Below are positions 60,628 through 64,000 of a stretch of 64,000 nucleotides of DNA, in pieces; the stretch's first letter is position 1; each line of letters begins with the position of its first letter. Source of the stretch: Macrostomum lignano (taxonomy: Eukaryota). The notes beneath the pieces are model-generated. The model was given only the letters and a program-made list of their open reading frames with translations. It was not told the DNA's origin and made no database searches. The stretch is from the NCBI GenBank assembly GCA_002269645.1, contig NIVC01000003.1, positions 310,001-374,000 of the forward strand. Direction: 5' to 3'. Position numbers and translations under genes: made by a program.

Positions 60628-61490
60628 GCTCAGTAAGCACTGCTCAGCTCAGTAAGCACTACTCAGATCAGTAAGCACTGCTCAGATCAGTAAGCACTGC
60701 TCAGCTTAGTAAGCACTGCTCAGCTCAGTAAGCACTGCTCAGCTCAGTAAGCACTGCTCAGCTCAGTAAGCACTGCTCAGTTCAGTAAGCACTGCTCAGT
60801 TCAGTAAGCACTGCTCAGTTCAGTAAGCACTGCTCAGTTCAGTAAGCACTGCTCAGTTCAGTAAGCACTGCTCAGTTCAGTAAGCACTGCTCAGTTCAGT
60901 AAGCACTGCTCAGTTCAGTAAGCACTGCTCAGTTAAGTAAGCACTGCTCAGTTCAGTAAGCACTGCTCAGTTCAGTAAGCACTGCTCAGTTCAGTAAGCA
61001 CTGCTCAGCTCAGTAAGCACTGCTCAGTTCAGTAAGCACTGCTCAGTTCAGTAAGCACTGCTCAGCTCAGTAAGCACTGCTCAGCTCAGTAAGCACTGCT
61101 CAGCTCAGTTAGCAGTTCTTAGTTCAGTTAGCAGTTCTCAGCTCAGTAAGCACTGCTCAGTTCAGTAAGCACTGCTCAGCTCAGTAAGCACTGCTCAGTT
61201 CAGTAAGCACTGCTCAGCTCAGTAAGCACTGCTCAGCTCAGTTAGCAGTTCTTAGTTCAGTTAGCAGTTCTTAGTTCAGTAAGCACTGCTCAGATCAGTA
61301 AGCACTGCTCAGATCAGTAAGCACTGCTCAGCTTAGTAAGCACTGCTCAGCTTAGTAAGCACTGCTCAGCTCAGTAAGCACTGCTCAGCTCAGTAAGCAC
61401 TGCTCAGTTCAGTAAGCACTGCTCAGCTCAGTAAGCACTGCTCAGCTCAGTTAGCAGTTCTTAGTTCAGTTGGCAGTTCTTATTTCAGTA
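60628..61490. repeat. 19-bp minisatellite (CAGTAAGCACTGCTCAGTT)
   Basis: Direct repetition. Confidence 0.96.
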
Positions 61491-62165
61491 AGCATTGCTC
61501 AACTCAGAAACCACTTTAAGTGTGGCAAATCTACTTTGATTTCTGAACGAGCAGAAATAATTGAATTCTCAATGAGCCAAAGAGAACTCAGACCTGCGAA
61601 CTTAATTCCCTATGCTTTTTGGCTGGGCTCTCACTCCCAGAAATTCCATGGATTTTCCAACGCTTTCGATCTACTAACAGTAGAGTAGATTAATACCTCA
61701 CTTTAGGATCGAAGTACAGCCGCTTATGCAGAGAGTTGAGCACTTTTTTCTTGTAAGCCAGTCTAGGAGCCCAATTTGCTCTCCGCGGTTGCTGCGGCCG
61801 CTCTCATCTCTGCTCAGCTAGTTGGGAAAAATGTCTCGAAAAATTAATTTCTGCGACTTCTCCTTGAAAAAGTCGATACAGAAATATTCACCGTTTTGTG
61901 CAGGGCGATTCTCCTGAGACCGGCTTATCGCCCCTCACTGCTGGCGGCCAATCCATCATCTATTTCTGGCAGCTGGAAAATCTTGAGAATCCAATTCTGG
62001 TTGAATTTGCTTGAGGGATCAGCTGTAGCAACACCAGCCCCGTTTCTGCGCCCCTTTTATACTGAGGGATTCTGCCCCAATAGTTTCTGCTGCGCCAGAA
62101 CGGAGCAACGCAGGCACACAAAATTCATAAACATCCACCAAATTTTTGTTGGGCCTTTGTCAGAT

Positions 62166-62885
62166 CAGATTTAGCAGTCAGACATGCCAGCTGAGTTAAG
62201 GCTAGTGTCAGATTTAGCAGCCAGACACGCCAGCTGAGTTCAGGCTAGTGTCAGATTTAGCAGTCAGACATGCCAGCTGAGCTCAGGCTAGTGTCAGATT
62301 TAGCAGCCAGACACGCCAGCTGAGCTCAGGCTAGTGTCAGATTTAGCAGCCAGACACGCCAGCTGAGCTCAGGCTAGTGTCAGATTTAGCAGCCAGACAC
62401 GCAATCTGAGTTAAGGCTAGTGTCAGATTTAGCAGCCAGACACGCCAGCTGAAGTAAGGCTAGTGTCAGATTTAGCAGCCAGACACGCCAGCTGAGGTAA
62501 GGCTAGTGTCAGATTTAGCAGCCAGACACGCCAGCTGAGCTCAGGCTAGTGTCAGATTTAGCAGTCAGACATGCCAGCTGAGCTCAGGCTAGTGTCAGAT
62601 TTAGCAGCCAGACACGCCAGCTGAGGTAAGGCTAGTGTCAGATTTAGCAGCCAGACATGCCAGCTGAGCTCAGGCTAGTGTCAGATTTAGCAGCCAGACA
62701 CGCCAGCTGAGGTAAGGCTAGTGTCAGATTTAGCAGCCAGACACGCAAGTTGAGTTCAGGCTAGTGTCAGATTTAGCAGCCAGACACGCCAGCTGAGCTC
62801 AGGCTAGTGTCAGATTTAGCAGCCAGACACGCCAGCTGAGCTCAGGCTAGTGTCAGATTTAGCAGTCAGACACACCAGCTGAGCC
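62166..62885. repeat. 43-bp minisatellite (GTCAGATTTAGCAGCCAGACACGCCAGCTGAGCTCAGGCTAGT)
   Basis: Direct repetition. Confidence 0.96.
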
Positions 62886-63564
62886 TCAGTTCCAAGTGCT
62901 GCATCGATCAATCTGAGTTTGCAGCCTCAATGGCAGGAGAGAGCAGCAGACGGCTGAGAACAATCAATGAGAATATATAAGGTAAAAAGCAAAAAAGAAC
63001 AATGACAACCCAAGGCTGCTCTGTGCAGCTCAGCTTGCTTTTGGACTAGCAAAGCGTCCTTTGTTTTCTGAGCAGGGAGCGGCTAGAGTACAGAGCGCAG
63101 TGCATTCAGAAACCGCGGAGCTGCAGCATTAAAAATAAGCTTTATTTTAGACAGGCGAGAAATAGAAGAGAGGAATAGGCAGATGAAAAACCTCAATCTG
63201 CTCGGGGATCAAAATGAGGCTGGATTTGCACCTGGGCCCGGGAGGCGTGGGCGGCCTAAACCGTTCGGGAATCTGTGGTAGGGAGTTTTAAAAAACTTTA
63301 AACTAAAAATCCCACGCATAGATGTCGGTTAGGTTGTTTTCCCGAATTGCGGCAAAAATTGAGATCCCCTCGAGAGTTTCAGTTAATTAAAGGCTGCTTG
63401 CTGCCTCTCCTCACAGGGCCCGCATCAACAAACGATTAATCATTAGTGCAGCGGCAGCTCTTCCCCTGTCACTCCCCTGACATCAGGAGGATCCGCTCTC
63501 CCGTGTCAACTTGATGAAGAGGATTTCTGGTCTGGCCAGAATCTGCAGTGCGCTGCAGATGACG

Positions 63565-64000
63565 GCTGGGGGTGAGACTGGGGAGGAGGGGGAGAGGGGG
63601 CTGGGGAGATTCTGGGGTTAGGCTGGGTAGATGGAGGAGCGGAGCTGGAGAGATTCCGGGTGAGACTGGGGAGATGGAGGAGCGGGGCTGGGGAGATTCC
63701 GGGGTGAGACTGGGGAGATGGAGGAGCGGGGCTGGGGAGATTCCGGGGTGAGACTGGGGAGGGGGGTCGGGGCTGGGGAGATTCGGGTGAGGCTGGGGAG
63801 GAGGGGAGCAGGGCTGGGGAGGAGGGGAGCGGGGCTGGGGAGATTCTGGGGTGAGGCTGGGGAGATGGAGGAGCGGAGCTGGAGAGATTCCGGGGTGAGA
63901 CTGGGGAGGAGGGGGATCGGGGCTGGGGAGATTCTGGGGTGAGGCTGGGGAGGAGGGGAGCGGGGCTGGGGAGGAGGGGAGCGGGGCTGGGGAGGAGGGG
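63565..64000. repeat. G-rich compound repeat running off the right edge
   Basis: GGGGAGATGGAGGAGCGGGGCTGGGGAGATTCCGGGGTGAGACT-type units. Confidence 0.88.

Noticed and set aside
60087-60674. Short ORFs on both strands between satellites
   Set aside because: No homology recognised and no convincing splice chain.

Overview
Eukaryotic, intron-containing animal DNA with GC-rich coding exons and about 45 different micro/minisatellite arrays. The style suggests a free-living flatworm such as Macrostomum, but that is inference only. I hand-spliced ten genes using GT-AG sites and phase checks: two tandem CRAL-TRIO genes (one running off the left edge), a coiled-coil protein with a CUPID-like segment, a TM-anchored copine vWA protein, a divergent SLC18A (VMAT/VAChT-like) transporter, two rhodopsin-family peptide-type GPCRs, an intronless divergent alpha-tubulin, an orphan 12-Cys secreted protein with a GPI-like tail, and IQCG/DRC9. 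One GPCR is nested antisense in IQCG intron 2. Mobile DNA: a 5'-truncated LOA-like LINE with a 13-bp TSD, a 474-bp internally deleted mariner, and a probable Nin/Deu-domain SINE remnant. Main patterns: nearly every long intron is a short intron inflated by its own private tandem repeat; most start codons sit just behind a YAG; two related 23-bp arrays bracket the tubulin gene. Three single-base frameshifts (two in GPCR1, one in tubulin) may be assembly errors. Most long ORFs in the supplied track are repeat artefacts. No rRNA, tRNA or CRISPR array was found. Protein family calls come from recalled motifs, not database searches.
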